Source of the DNA: a candidate division WOR-3 bacterium | GTDB taxonomy: Bacteria; Hydrothermota; UBA3073 | Assembly (NCBI GenBank): GCA_030606335.1 | Contig: JAUWGP010000004.1 | Location: 10,091 to 74,090 of the forward strand | Direction of reading: 5' to 3' | DNA: 64,000 nt | Part shown: piece after piece, positions 9,643 to 18,636 of the stretch | How positions within the stretch are numbered: the first letter of the stretch is position 1 | How the letters are laid out: every line of letters starts with the position of its first letter | Notes under the pieces: generated by a model | Seen by the model: the letters and a program-made list of their open reading frames with translations, nothing else | What the model was told of the DNA's origin: nothing | Database searches by the model: none | Position numbers and translations under genes: made by a program

Positions 9643-9966
9643 AACCACAGAGGACACAGAGTATCTTTGAGGTAGAAAATAAGAAAAAAATAAAAAACCT
9701 CTGTGCTCTCTTCTATTGAACCCAAAGTTTGCCATAGGTGAGTTACAAGCAAGAAAAACGCTGATAGAGAATTTGAGCACATAGATAAAAATAAATATTG
9801 TCTCTCTGTGCCCTCCCTGCCTGACGGTAGGCAGGTGTGGTTTGAACTTGCATAGCAATATTAAAAGATGGAATAAAAAGATTAGTTTTGTAGAGGTCAC
9901 AGAGGGGAGACATAAGACTCTTTTGCAAATCTTTAATTAATAAAAATCTCTGTGTTCTCTGTGGTT
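9643..9966. repeat. MITE-like element bounded by 19-bp inverted repeats aaccacagag(g/a)acacagag
   Basis: 9643-9661 matches the reverse complement of 9948-9966 at 18/19 positions. Internal cacagag/ctctgtg half-sites and the hairpin cctgcctgacggtaggcagg are present. Confidence 0.75.
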
Positions 9967-10007
9967 AATTTTTTTGACAATATTGGATTACTTTTTCAGG
10001 AGGTTAC

Positions 10008-11249
10008 ATGTTAGTACTTCTTGTGCTTTTGTCGCTTTCACCAATATATTCAGCCAAAATAGATGGCATTATAGAACCCATGGGTTCAGATTATTGTAGA
10101 AGGTGTATAGAAATCGCTGAGGAGAACGAATCCCCTCTCATAATAGAGCTTGACACACCTGGGGGGTTAGATGAAGCCATGAGAGAGATTGTAAAGGCAG
10201 AATTGAATGCAGATGTGCCAGTTATCGTATATGTTACACCATCAGGTGCGAGGGCTGCATCGGCAGGAGTTTTTATTACACTGGCTTCTCATATTGCGGC
10301 TATGACACCCGGAACGAACATAGGAGCTGCACACCCTGTAAGCATAGGTCAACAGCAGGGAGGCGAGGAGATGGCAGAGAAGGTAGTTAATGACGCAGTA
10401 GCATATATAAGATCAATAGCAGAGAAGAAAGGGAGAAATGCAGATTGGGCAGAGGAGGCGGTTAGAAAAAGTGTATCAATAACTGAGCGTGAGGCACTTG
10501 ATATTGGTATAATAGATCTTATTGCAGAATCCAGAGAGGAATTGCTCTTGCGTATAGACGGCATGGAAATAGAGGTGTCCGGTAGAAAGGAGATACTTAG
10601 GACAGAGGGTAGAGAGGTTGTTGAGATTAAGCAAACATTCAGGGAGAGGCTCTTCTCGAAGCTGGCAAATCCCAACCTGGCATATATATTTCTTATTCTT
10701 GGTATTTATGGATTGATTCTTGAATTTTCAAGACCAGGCACATTCATACCCGGGGTCTTTGGTGCGATATGTTTGCTTCTTGCTTTTTTTGCATTCAGGA
10801 TGTTACCGATAAATTATGCTGGGCTTGGGCTGATAATTCTATCAGCTATTTTCTTCGTCCTTGAGGTGCTCACTCCCACTTATGGTCCCCTTGCTATTGG
10901 AGGTGTAGTATCACTTGTCCTGGGCTCGATAATGCTCATACGTTCTGAGGCAGAGTTTCTTCAAATTTCGATTCCTCTGATAATAACCACTACTATATTG
11001 GTTGGAGGTTTTTTTATGTTTGCTCTTGGGATGGCATTCCGGGCTATGAGAAGAAAACCAACGACTGGTGGCAAGGGTATTATAGGTCAGCTTGGTAAGG
11101 TTACAAAGAAAATAGAGAAGGAAGGTGTCATCTCAGTCTCTGGTGAACTCTGGAATGTCGAATCCGATGAGGTTATAGAAAAAGGTGAGAAGGTTGAAGT
11201 AGTGGGGATTGTAGGGCTCACATTAAAAGTGAGAAGAAAAGGGGTTTAA
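10008..11249 (+). CDS. NfeD-family membrane-bound ClpP-class serine protease
   Basis: LDTPGGLDEAMREIV and GARAASAGVFITLASHIAAMTPGTNIGAAHPV, then TM helices and a C-terminal OB-like GELWNVESDEVIEKGEKVEVV. AGGAGG RBS upstream. Confidence 0.85.
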   Translation: MLVLLVLLSLSPIYSAKIDGIIEPMGSDYCRRCIEIAEENESPLIIELDTPGGLDEAMREIVKAELNADVPVIVYVTPSGARAASAGVFITLASHIAAMTPGTNIGAAHPVSIGQQQGGEEMAEKVVNDAVAYIRSIAEKKGRNADWAEEAVRKSVSITEREALDIGIIDLIAESREELLLRIDGMEIEVSGRKEILRTEGREVVEIKQTFRERLFSKLANPNLAYIFLILGIYGLILEFSRPGTFIPGVFGAICLLLAFFAFRMLPINYAGLGLIILSAIFFVLEVLTPTYGPLAIGGVVSLVLGSIMLIRSEAEFLQISIPLIITTTILVGGFFMFALGMAFRAMRRKPTTGGKGIIGQLGKVTKKIEKEGVISVSGELWNVESDEVIEKGEKVEVVGIVGLTLKVRRKGV

Positions 11250-11263
11250 GTATTGTAAAATGA

Positions 11264-11355
11264 GGAGGGATGGCCGAGTGGAAGAAGGCGCACGACTCGA
11301 AATCGTGTTTCCGATAAAAGTCGGAACGGGGGTTCGAATCCCTCTCCCTCCGCCA
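11264..11355 (+). tRNA. tRNA-Ser (anticodon CGA), CCA encoded
   Basis: Acceptor GGAGGGA/TCCCTCC, anticodon stem CACGA/TCGTG with loop CTCGAAA, long variable arm TTCCGA-TAAAAG-TCGGAA, T loop TTCGAAT. Confidence 0.9.
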
Positions 11356-11463
11356 AAAGAGTTAAAAGGTTTATTATTGCTTTAAGTTCTTGCACAACAA
11401 TAACTTGTAATGTATATTATGGATTTATTTTAGAAACAGGATATAATTTTTTTTCTTTTTTAC

Positions 11464-11492
11464 TTGACTTTTATGAAAAATTGTTATATAAT
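11464..11492 (+). promoter_or_regulatory. sigma70-type promoter TTGACT-17-TATAAT
   Basis: -35 at 11464-11469 and -10 at 11487-11492, about 45 nt upstream of the receiver gene. Confidence 0.55.
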
Positions 11493-11535
11493 CTATGGTG
11501 ATTTTTTTCGGCATGAGTAAGTAACCCACAGAGTC

Positions 11536-11910
11536 ATGGATAAGTTAATAAAAACAGTTTTAGTAGTAGATGATGATAGAGATATTGTAGGTCTTATAAC
11601 AGACCTATTATCCAACAAGGGATATGAGGTGGTGGTTGCTTACGACGCTCTTCAGGCAATTCAATTTGCACACAGGGAAATTCCTGACATTATCATTCTT
11701 GACCTGGTTATGCCTGCAGGGGGTGGATTTACAACCCTGGAGAGACTAAAGGGTTCTGCAATGACCAGTAAAATACCAATAATTATACTTACCGGTAAAG
11801 GCTCTGATACGGACAGGAAGAGAGCTTTACAACTAAAGGCGGATGATTTTATAATGAAACCCTTCGATGCCGATATGCTAATTAGAAGAATAAAAGAACT
11901 CACCAGGTAA
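11536..11910 (+). CDS. single-domain response regulator (CheY-like receiver)
   Basis: VLVVDDD, phospho-acceptor IILDLVMP, ILTGKG, and KADDFIMKPF. Confidence 0.85.
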   Translation: MDKLIKTVLVVDDDRDIVGLITDLLSNKGYEVVVAYDALQAIQFAHREIPDIIILDLVMPAGGGFTTLERLKGSAMTSKIPIIILTGKGSDTDRKRALQLKADDFIMKPFDADMLIRRIKELTR

Positions 11911-11939
11911 TCCTATATTCCCATATTCCCACCATCTCG

Positions 11940-12078
11940 GACGTATCCCACACTTAATTTACATTAATATGGAGTGCATTATGGAGTGCATTATGGAGTG
12001 CATCAACCGTGTTGATGCATTGCTGTGACCCCATAGAGTATTCCTCTACAGGGTAAACACGGTCACAGCACTCCAGAA
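11940..12078. repeat. family-B repeat (3 x 11-bp tatggagtgca units + hairpins)
   Basis: atggagtgcattatggagtgcattatggagtgcatcaaccgtgttgatgca...ctgtgaccccatagagtattcctctacagggtaaacacggtcacag. Confidence 0.85.
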
Positions 12079-12083
12079 AGATT

Positions 12084-12467
12084 ATGAATATATTAATTGT
12101 AGATGATGAACCAGTACTTCACGAACTTTTGAGGGATATATTCGAACTCCACGGGGATTGTGTAGTTAGTGATGCCTATGATGGAGTAGAGGCACTGCGG
12201 ATTTATCGTAATCTTATATTGTCTTATAAAAGACCAGATTTGGTAATTATGGACCATCGTATGCCAAGAAAGGATGGTATTGAGACATCAGTCGAGATAT
12301 TACAAATTGATCCATCTGCGAAGATACTTTTTGCGAGTGCAGATGCAAAAGCCAAGGATAGAGCACTTCAAATAGGAGCTATTGATTTTATTAAAAAGCC
12401 TTTTGAAATATCAACTATGTATGAGGTAATAAATAAATTGAAAAAGAGTATTAGATGTAAAAAGTAG
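12084..12467 (+). CDS. single-domain response regulator (CheY-like receiver)
   Basis: ILIVDDE, VIMDHRMP, and AIDFIKKPF. Confidence 0.85.
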   Translation: MNILIVDDEPVLHELLRDIFELHGDCVVSDAYDGVEALRIYRNLILSYKRPDLVIMDHRMPRKDGIETSVEILQIDPSAKILFASADAKAKDRALQIGAIDFIKKPFEISTMYEVINKLKKSIRCKK

Positions 12468-12884
12468 CTTTTTATAGTTATCCAGAATATGGCCCATATT
12501 TAAATAATTTTTTTTATCTTTATATAATAAAAATTAATGAGTATTATAATATAACTTATTCATAATATAAACATATTTCTGTTGTGATATACATATAATA
12601 CCTAAATAATATATGGTTTTTACCCAGAAGCTGGCAGAAAGAGTTTCGAATTATTCAGGTTATATAGTAAACTTCGATATTTAATGTATAAATTAGAAAT
12701 GTATATCTACGGGGAGAAAATACTTATGGCATACAACAACTACCCTCGCAAATAAACGAAAATTTCATGTTTATAGTAAAAATTTATAATAGAATTTTAA
12801 TAGAGTATCTCAAGAATGTGTTTGACTCTGGGTTTGTGTAAAGTAGAACAATACTACCAATATTTTATTTTTTTAATTTTTTTC

Positions 12885-12913
12885 TTGACAATTTCGTTTT
12901 TTTGTATTATATT
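12885..12913 (+). promoter_or_regulatory. sigma70-type promoter TTGACA-17-TATATT
   Basis: -35 at 12885-12890 and -10 at 12908-12913. Confidence 0.45.
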
Positions 12914-12973
12914 GTATAGAGAGACATATTTCACTTTTCCAGATTATGGCCAAAAAATATATCTAAAAAAACC

Positions 12974-13002
12974 TTGACAAAAATAAAAAAAAGTGTTATA
13001 AT
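12974..13002 (+). promoter_or_regulatory. consensus extended -10 promoter TTGACA-17(TGt)-TATAAT upstream of pilB
   Basis: -35 at 12974-12979, TGT at 12994-12996, -10 at 12997-13002, about 70 nt upstream of the pilB ATG. Confidence 0.6.
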
Positions 13003-13070
13003 ATCTTATAAAGAATATTAAATATTAAAATGAATTTGTGAACTGAGTTTTAGATATTAGGGGTTTATAT

Positions 13071-14645
13071 ATGGAAGAAGTAGATACAGAAAAGAAGGAA
13101 AGTAAAAAAGAAATTAGCTCGTTCACTATTGATATATCCGAGATTAAGATTCCTGAGGATCTCTTAAGTCTTATACCTTCAGACTTTGCCAGAGCACGCA
13201 GGTGCTTACCAATTAAAAAAAGAGGTAGGGTACTTAATGTAGTTGTGAATGACCCATCGGATACACTACTTTTAACTGATCTCAGATTCATAACTGGTTA
13301 TGAAATCGAGCCATTTACAGCTAAACAGAAGGATTTTGATGACGCAATTACTCGTTACTATGGTGAGATTGAGAGCATTTCCTCAATTATCAGTGATTTA
13401 ACAAAAACTTCCGAACTCGAGCTTATAGAAACAGATAAAGAAGACCAGGGTGCTGAGGATTTGCTTGTCCTGGCAGAAGAAGCACCGGTTGTCCGATATG
13501 TAAATAGTCTTATCAGAGAGGCAATATTAAAGACTGCAAGTGATATACATATCGAACCCTATGAAAGTTTTATAAGGGCGAGAATTCGTATCGATGGCAA
13601 ACTACTTGAACTTCCTTCACCTCCATGGAGATTAAGGAGAGCTATATCATCAAGAGTTAAAGTGATGGCTAACCTTGACCTTGCCGAACACAGGATTCCA
13701 CAAGATGGTCGTATAATGGTTAAATATCAGGGTAGGACAGTGGATTTAAGGGTATCAACTACTCCTACTATATATGGGGAAAAGGTTGTAATGAGGATAC
13801 TCGATAAGGCAGCAGTTCCCCTTGATATGGAGAGTCTTGGAATGGATGAAACTGCATTGCAGAGATTTAAGGAGACTATAAATCTTCCCTATGGTCTCAT
13901 GCTTGTAACAGGACCAACCGGGTCTGGCAAGACCACAACCCTGTATTCTGCACTCACGCGTATTAATCGTCCAGATATAAACATTATGACAATTGAAGAC
14001 CCAGTGGAATTTGACTTTCCAGGTGTAAATCAGGTAGCCATCAGGGAGAAAATAGGTCTTACATTTGCATATGCATTGAGGTCTTTCCTACGTCAGGACC
14101 CAGATGTGATAATGGTTGGTGAGATAAGAGATAAAGAAACAGCGGATATAGCTATAAAGGCGTCTCTTACCGGTCACCTTGTCTTATCAACACTTCACAC
14201 GAATGACGCACCTTCTGCGATAACCAGATTACAGGATATGGGTCTCGAGTCCTATCTTATCTCTTCTTCTCTGGTTCTTGTCATGGCTCAGAGACTCGTT
14301 AGAAAGATATGTGAAAAGTGTAAAGAGGAAGTTGAGATTTCAATGGATATCATTGATAAAGCAGGAATTGACACATCCCTTTTCAAAAGAAATGTATTCT
14401 ATAAAGGTAAGGGATGTTCTTACTGCAATAATACAGGTTATAAGGGGAGAGAGGGTATATACGAGATAATGTATGTATCCCCTTTAATGAGGGAGATGAT
14501 AGTACAGCGTAAATCTATTGATGAGTTAAGAGAACTGGCGAAAAAAGGAGGTATGATTACACTAAGAGATGCTGCAATAGATAAATTCAAGAACGGTTTG
14601 ACAACACTCGATGAGGTTATTCGAGTAACGAAGGAGATCGAATGA
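13071..14645 (+). CDS. pilB: type IV pilus assembly ATPase PilB (GspE family)
   Basis: Walker A GPTGSGKTTT, DPDVIMVGEIRD, TGHLVLSTLHTN, and tetracysteine motif CEKC...CSYC. The N-terminus has only the alpha/beta half of T2SSE_N. Confidence 0.9.
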   Translation: MEEVDTEKKESKKEISSFTIDISEIKIPEDLLSLIPSDFARARRCLPIKKRGRVLNVVVNDPSDTLLLTDLRFITGYEIEPFTAKQKDFDDAITRYYGEIESISSIISDLTKTSELELIETDKEDQGAEDLLVLAEEAPVVRYVNSLIREAILKTASDIHIEPYESFIRARIRIDGKLLELPSPPWRLRRAISSRVKVMANLDLAEHRIPQDGRIMVKYQGRTVDLRVSTTPTIYGEKVVMRILDKAAVPLDMESLGMDETALQRFKETINLPYGLMLVTGPTGSGKTTTLYSALTRINRPDINIMTIEDPVEFDFPGVNQVAIREKIGLTFAYALRSFLRQDPDVIMVGEIRDKETADIAIKASLTGHLVLSTLHTNDAPSAITRLQDMGLESYLISSSLVLVMAQRLVRKICEKCKEEVEISMDIIDKAGIDTSLFKRNVFYKGKGCSYCNNTGYKGREGIYEIMYVSPLMREMIVQRKSIDELRELAKKGGMITLRDAAIDKFKNGLTTLDEVIRVTKEIE

Positions 14646-15700
14646 TCGACATGGAATTACTACTTGATGAAATGATTATGAAGGAGGCAACGGACCTACA
14701 TATAACCGTTGGGCTTCCAGCACAATTTCGAATTGCTCAAAGGTTAGTAAATTCTGAGTCAGTAGTTCTTACACCGGAGCTTGTAAAGGAACTCACATAT
14801 TCTCTTTTTACTGATGAACAGAGAACGAGATTTGAACATCAAAATGAAATCGATTTTTCATTTGGTAGAGACGGAGAGGCAAGATTCAGGGGAAATGCAT
14901 TTATTGAGAGAGGTAATGTAGCCTGCGCTATAAGATTTCTTCCATCAAGGATACCATCATTCGTGGAGTTGGGTCTACCTGAAATGACGAAGGAGCTTAC
15001 CAGGAAACCTAAAGGGCTCGTGCTCGTTACTGGTGCTACTGGCTCAGGCAAATCTACTACCCTTGCGTCGATGGTTCAGAGAATAAATAACGAGAGGGCG
15101 TGTCACATAATGACAATTGAGGACCCGATTGAGTATGTATTCGAGCATAAAAGGTCTATGGTGCATCAAAGAGAGGTAGGATACGATACAAAATCCTTTG
15201 CGAATGCTCTCAAATACTGCCTTAGAGAAGATCCTGATGTTATATTTGTTGGTGAGATGAGGGATATTGAAACTGTAAGCTTTGCCCTTACAGCTGCAGA
15301 GACAGGACATCTTTTGCTTTCAACTCTTCACACAAATTCAGCTGTGAGCTCAATTGAGAGGATAATAGACGTATTTCCTTCTGCTCAACAGAGACAGGTC
15401 AGGACACAGCTTTCTACTACATTACAGGCAATTTTTGCACAGGCACTCCTACCAGGGAAAAACGGGGGGCTTGTGCTTGCAGTTGAGATACTTATAGCTA
15501 CACCTGCGGTTCGCACAATGATAAGAGAAGGAAGGGAGCATGAGATATACGGCATTATCCAGGCAGGTCAGAAACATTATATGCAGACATTTAATATGAG
15601 TCTTGCCAAGCTTGTCAAAGATGATAGAGTAAGACGTTCTGAGGCATTAAACTATACAACCGACCAACGGGAACTTGAAACAATGCTGGGTAAGGGCTAA
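14642..15700 (+). CDS. pilT: type IV pilus retraction ATPase PilT
   Basis: GATGSGKSTT, DPDVIFVGEMRD, TGHLLLSTLHTNSA, and AIRTMIREG-type motif PAVRTMIREG. 4-nt overlap with pilB. Confidence 0.9.
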   Translation: MIDMELLLDEMIMKEATDLHITVGLPAQFRIAQRLVNSESVVLTPELVKELTYSLFTDEQRTRFEHQNEIDFSFGRDGEARFRGNAFIERGNVACAIRFLPSRIPSFVELGLPEMTKELTRKPKGLVLVTGATGSGKSTTLASMVQRINNERACHIMTIEDPIEYVFEHKRSMVHQREVGYDTKSFANALKYCLREDPDVIFVGEMRDIETVSFALTAAETGHLLLSTLHTNSAVSSIERIIDVFPSAQQRQVRTQLSTTLQAIFAQALLPGKNGGLVLAVEILIATPAVRTMIREGREHEIYGIIQAGQKHYMQTFNMSLAKLVKDDRVRRSEALNYTTDQRELETMLGKG

Positions 15701-15762
15701 GTATTGTATTATGGAGTGCCTTATGGAGTGTTCTATGGAGTGCATCAACCGTGTTGATGCAT
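15701..15762. repeat. family-B repeat fragment
   Basis: tattatggagtgccttatggagtgttctatggagtgcatcaaccgtgttgatgca. Confidence 0.8.
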
Positions 15763-15790
15763 ACTTTAAGGCATTAAAAAGGATATTTTT

Positions 15791-16837
15791 ATGTTCGAAA
15801 GGATAACTTTAAAAGATATAGCAACATTTACACGACAGTTCGGCGTTATGGTGAAGGCAGGTGTTCCTGTTGTAAGGTGTTTGAAGGGATTAGCAGAGCA
15901 GTTAACAAAGAAGAAGTTTCAGGCAGTTATAACTGGTATTGCGGAGAGTGTTGAGTCGGGATTATCTCTGTATGATGCATTTGGCCAAAAAATAGATGTC
16001 TTCGGACAACTTTATGTGGCGATGGTGAGAGCAGGTGAAGAGGGTGGGTTTTTAGGACAGGGTCTTGAAAATCTTGCCAAATGGTTCGACAAGTCACTTG
16101 CAATACAGCGAAAGATAAAAATGGCTATGGCATATCCAGCGGTTATATTTATCGTTGCAGTAGGTGTATTGATATTTATGCTTACTATGATTATACCAAC
16201 GTTTGCAGGGATGTTTGAACAGCTTGGGGGACAACTTCCTCTTCTGACCAGGGTTGTGGTTGGACTCTCTTCATTCATGAGAAGGTACATATGGCTTGTA
16301 ATATTGATAATAATTGGGCTGGTCTTCTTATTTCGATACCTGTTAAAGAAGGAGAATATCAGGATGGCTGTTGATGCTTTTATATTTAAGATTCCCATTT
16401 TTGGTGAACTTATCAGAAAGACTTCAATATCGAGATTTGCCGTAACAATGAGTTCACTGCTCACAAGTGGAGTTCCAGTAGTTGAATCGCTGGGTATCAC
16501 CGCACAAACATCAGGAAACAAGGTTGTTGAAAAGGCTGTCTTGTTATCTGCAGAGAGGATTGCAGCAGGAGAGAGCATCGTAACACCTTTGAAGGATTGC
16601 GGTGTCTTTCCCCCACTGGTTACTCAGCTTATAGCAACCGGTGAAGAAAGTGGTCAACTGCCTGATATGCTTGAAAATATATCTACGTTTTATGATGAGG
16701 AAGTGGATGCTGCTGTTAGCACACTTACATCCGTTATAGAACCAATAATGATTGTATTTATGGGAGGCTTGGTTGGTGTGATGCTCGTGGCGATGTATCT
16801 GCCAATGTTTGATATTATAGGACAGATGAGCAGATAA
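15791..16837 (+). CDS. pilC: type IV pilus platform protein PilC (T2SS F family), short N-terminus
   Basis: Two T2SSF repeats (FTRQFGVMVKAGVPV... and FAVTMSSLLTSGVPVVESL...) and 3 TM helices. The ORF begins right at the first T2SSF domain, just downstream of a repeat insertion. Confidence 0.85.
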   Translation: MFERITLKDIATFTRQFGVMVKAGVPVVRCLKGLAEQLTKKKFQAVITGIAESVESGLSLYDAFGQKIDVFGQLYVAMVRAGEEGGFLGQGLENLAKWFDKSLAIQRKIKMAMAYPAVIFIVAVGVLIFMLTMIIPTFAGMFEQLGGQLPLLTRVVVGLSSFMRRYIWLVILIIIGLVFLFRYLLKKENIRMAVDAFIFKIPIFGELIRKTSISRFAVTMSSLLTSGVPVVESLGITAQTSGNKVVEKAVLLSAERIAAGESIVTPLKDCGVFPPLVTQLIATGEESGQLPDMLENISTFYDEEVDAAVSTLTSVIEPIMIVFMGGLVGVMLVAMYLPMFDIIGQMSR

Positions 16838-16849
16838 GGTAAAAAAGAG

Positions 16850-17040
16850 TCGTAGGGTTTGTTGGGTCCCAGTGAAATATGCTTCCCGTTGAATAACTTC
16901 CTGCAGAAATAGCTAAGCATTTCACAGGACAAGTCGTTTCCACAGGACAGGTTGCATTTCACAGGATAAATTTATTGAGTTTGTTGTGTCCCAGTGAAAT
17001 ATGCTTTGCATTTCACGGGATAAATTTATTGAGTTATATA
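16850..17040. repeat. duplicated hairpin-containing repeat between pilC and pilA (family H)
   Basis: tttgttg(g/t)gtcccagtgaaatatgct occurs twice and gcatttcac(a/g)ggataaatttattgagtt occurs twice. gtgaaatatgc and gcatttcac form inverted arms. Confidence 0.75.
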
Positions 17041-17181
17041 GTCTTTGAAATTTTGATATTTAATATTTGATATTTGATTTTACTAAGGGGGGTGGTAATA
17101 GAAAACTACTTGAAAGGGTTGTGCGGGTTTAAAAAACCTGCACTATGTGGTTGTTATTTTATATGAAAGGAGGTGAAAATC

Positions 17182-17589
17182 GTGAGAAACAACAAGGGAT
17201 TTACACTCATAGAGTTGATGATCGTTGTGATCATCCTCGGAGTCCTGGCAGCAATATTGATACCGAGATTTATGGGTGCACAGAATGATGCAAGGATAAA
17301 TGCCGCTGTAGCAGATGTATCACTCGTAAGAGAGGGATTGGGTTTGTACTTTGTATATGAGGGACATTTTCCTGGTGACTGTGACTATCTACCTGATCTT
17401 CGTGATTCAATAGGTCAACATGTCTCCGCGCCTATAGACTCTCAGACATTTAGCGGTCTCACATACGACCAGGTCACTGATTACACATATCATATAGACG
17501 CTAAAGTACTAAAGGTCAAACCAAACCACTATGTCCATGCGAGTGAAGATAGTATTTTTCATAACGAAACTGCAGTTGGTCCCTGGTAA
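17182..17589 (+). CDS. pilA: type IV major pilin (prepilin N-terminal cleavage/methylation domain)
   Basis: NNKGFTLIELMIVVIILGVLAAI. GTG 17182 lies 8 nt after GGAGG. The ORF track start, GTG 17173, overlaps the RBS. Confidence 0.85.
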   Translation: MRNNKGFTLIELMIVVIILGVLAAILIPRFMGAQNDARINAAVADVSLVREGLGLYFVYEGHFPGDCDYLPDLRDSIGQHVSAPIDSQTFSGLTYDQVTDYTYHIDAKVLKVKPNHYVHASEDSIFHNETAVGPW

Positions 17590-17642
17590 TATTACAGTGA
17601 TACTTAAGATGGATAATGCATAGTTAAAAGGCGGCAAAACGA

Positions 17643-18374
17643 ATGGTCTTTCTACTATTCATTCTCGGTGCCTGTTTCGGGAGTTTCCTTGGTGTGGTTA
17701 TATATAGACTTCCCAGGAAACTCCCGGCAGGACTCTCCTTCTCTAAGTGTGAGAAATGTGGGAAAAGAATACTCTGGTATGATAATATACCAGTCCTGTC
17801 GTATATTATCCTGAAAGGGAGATGTAGATTCTGTAAAGCTCGTATTCCAATCAGGTATCCACTGATCGAGCTGACTACTGGATTTATATTTGTGTTTACA
17901 TTCTATCAGTTTGGTGTCTGTATCAGGACTCTTTCATTTCTCATTCTCTTTCTTTTTCTATTAGCAATCTCATTCATTGACCTTGATACAAATAGGATAC
18001 CTGATGTACTGACTCTGTCGGGTATGATAATTGGATTTGGGTTGAGCTTCTGGACAATTACCTGGTTTAGGTCAATTATTGGGATTGCAACAGGAATTGG
18101 GCTATTATATATTTTTGCAATTGTTGGGAAGTGGGTACTCAAACAGGATGCAATGGGTGGTGGAGATATCAAACTTCTTGGGATGATAGGCTCATTTCTT
18201 GGTCCGATTGGTGTACTCCTGACCCTGTTTTTTGGGGCAGTAATTGGTTTGGTGGTGAGCGTTCCAATGAAAAGGAGGAAGGTGCCATTTGGACCCTTTC
18301 TCTCAGCAGGTGCATTTATCTACGCCTTCTGGGGAGAAAAGTTAATAAAATTTATATGGAATTTTAATTTTTGA
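17643..18374 (+). CDS. pilD: prepilin peptidase / N-methyltransferase PilD (A24 family)
   Basis: Zn-finger-like CEKCGKRI...CRFC, IPD and GGGDIKLL catalytic Asp motifs, polytopic membrane protein. Confidence 0.9.
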   Translation: MVFLLFILGACFGSFLGVVIYRLPRKLPAGLSFSKCEKCGKRILWYDNIPVLSYIILKGRCRFCKARIPIRYPLIELTTGFIFVFTFYQFGVCIRTLSFLILFLFLLAISFIDLDTNRIPDVLTLSGMIIGFGLSFWTITWFRSIIGIATGIGLLYIFAIVGKWVLKQDAMGGGDIKLLGMIGSFLGPIGVLLTLFFGAVIGLVVSVPMKRRKVPFGPFLSAGAFIYAFWGEKLIKFIWNFNF

Positions 18375-18375
18375 T

Positions 18376-18580
18376 GAGATTGCCGCGTTCATTTCATTCA
18401 CTCGCAATGACACCTCCATTCTCGTCATTGCGAGCTGCAGGCGAAGCAATCGCTTTTAAGGAAAGATAGTTATTAGAAGGTGAGATTGCCGCACTCACTG
18501 CGTTCGTTCGCAATGACAGATTCGGGAATAAGATTGCCGCACTCACTGCGTTCGCTCGCAATGACAGGCGATATCTTATC
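18376..18580. repeat. family-A repeat cluster (4 units)
   Basis: gagattgccgc...cgcaatgaca occurs three times, plus gtcattgcgagctgcaggcgaagcaatcgc. Confidence 0.85.
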
Positions 18581-18636
18581 TGTAATTACGTAACTTTGGG
18601 ACAGCGTGTTATTTTTAATATTTGATATTGTTACTT

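Noticed and set aside
12638-12656. Possible sigma54 -24/-12 element (ctggcagaaagagtttcg) upstream of the pilus operon
   Set aside because: TGGCA is present, but the -12 element reads GTTTC instead of TTGC at the required spacing. It is also ~430 nt from pilB, and no pilR-like activator is present.
16012-16578. Long antisense or alternate-frame shadow ORFs inside well-supported genes (also 58520-59212 in ftsH, 47710-48324 in priA, 35694-36113, 44460-44867 in rodA, 10349-10675)
   Set aside because: The opposite or other frame carries unambiguous conserved motifs (PilC, FtsH, PriA, BNR propeller, RodA, NfeD). The shadow ORFs have skewed S/P/I-rich composition typical of non-coding frames.
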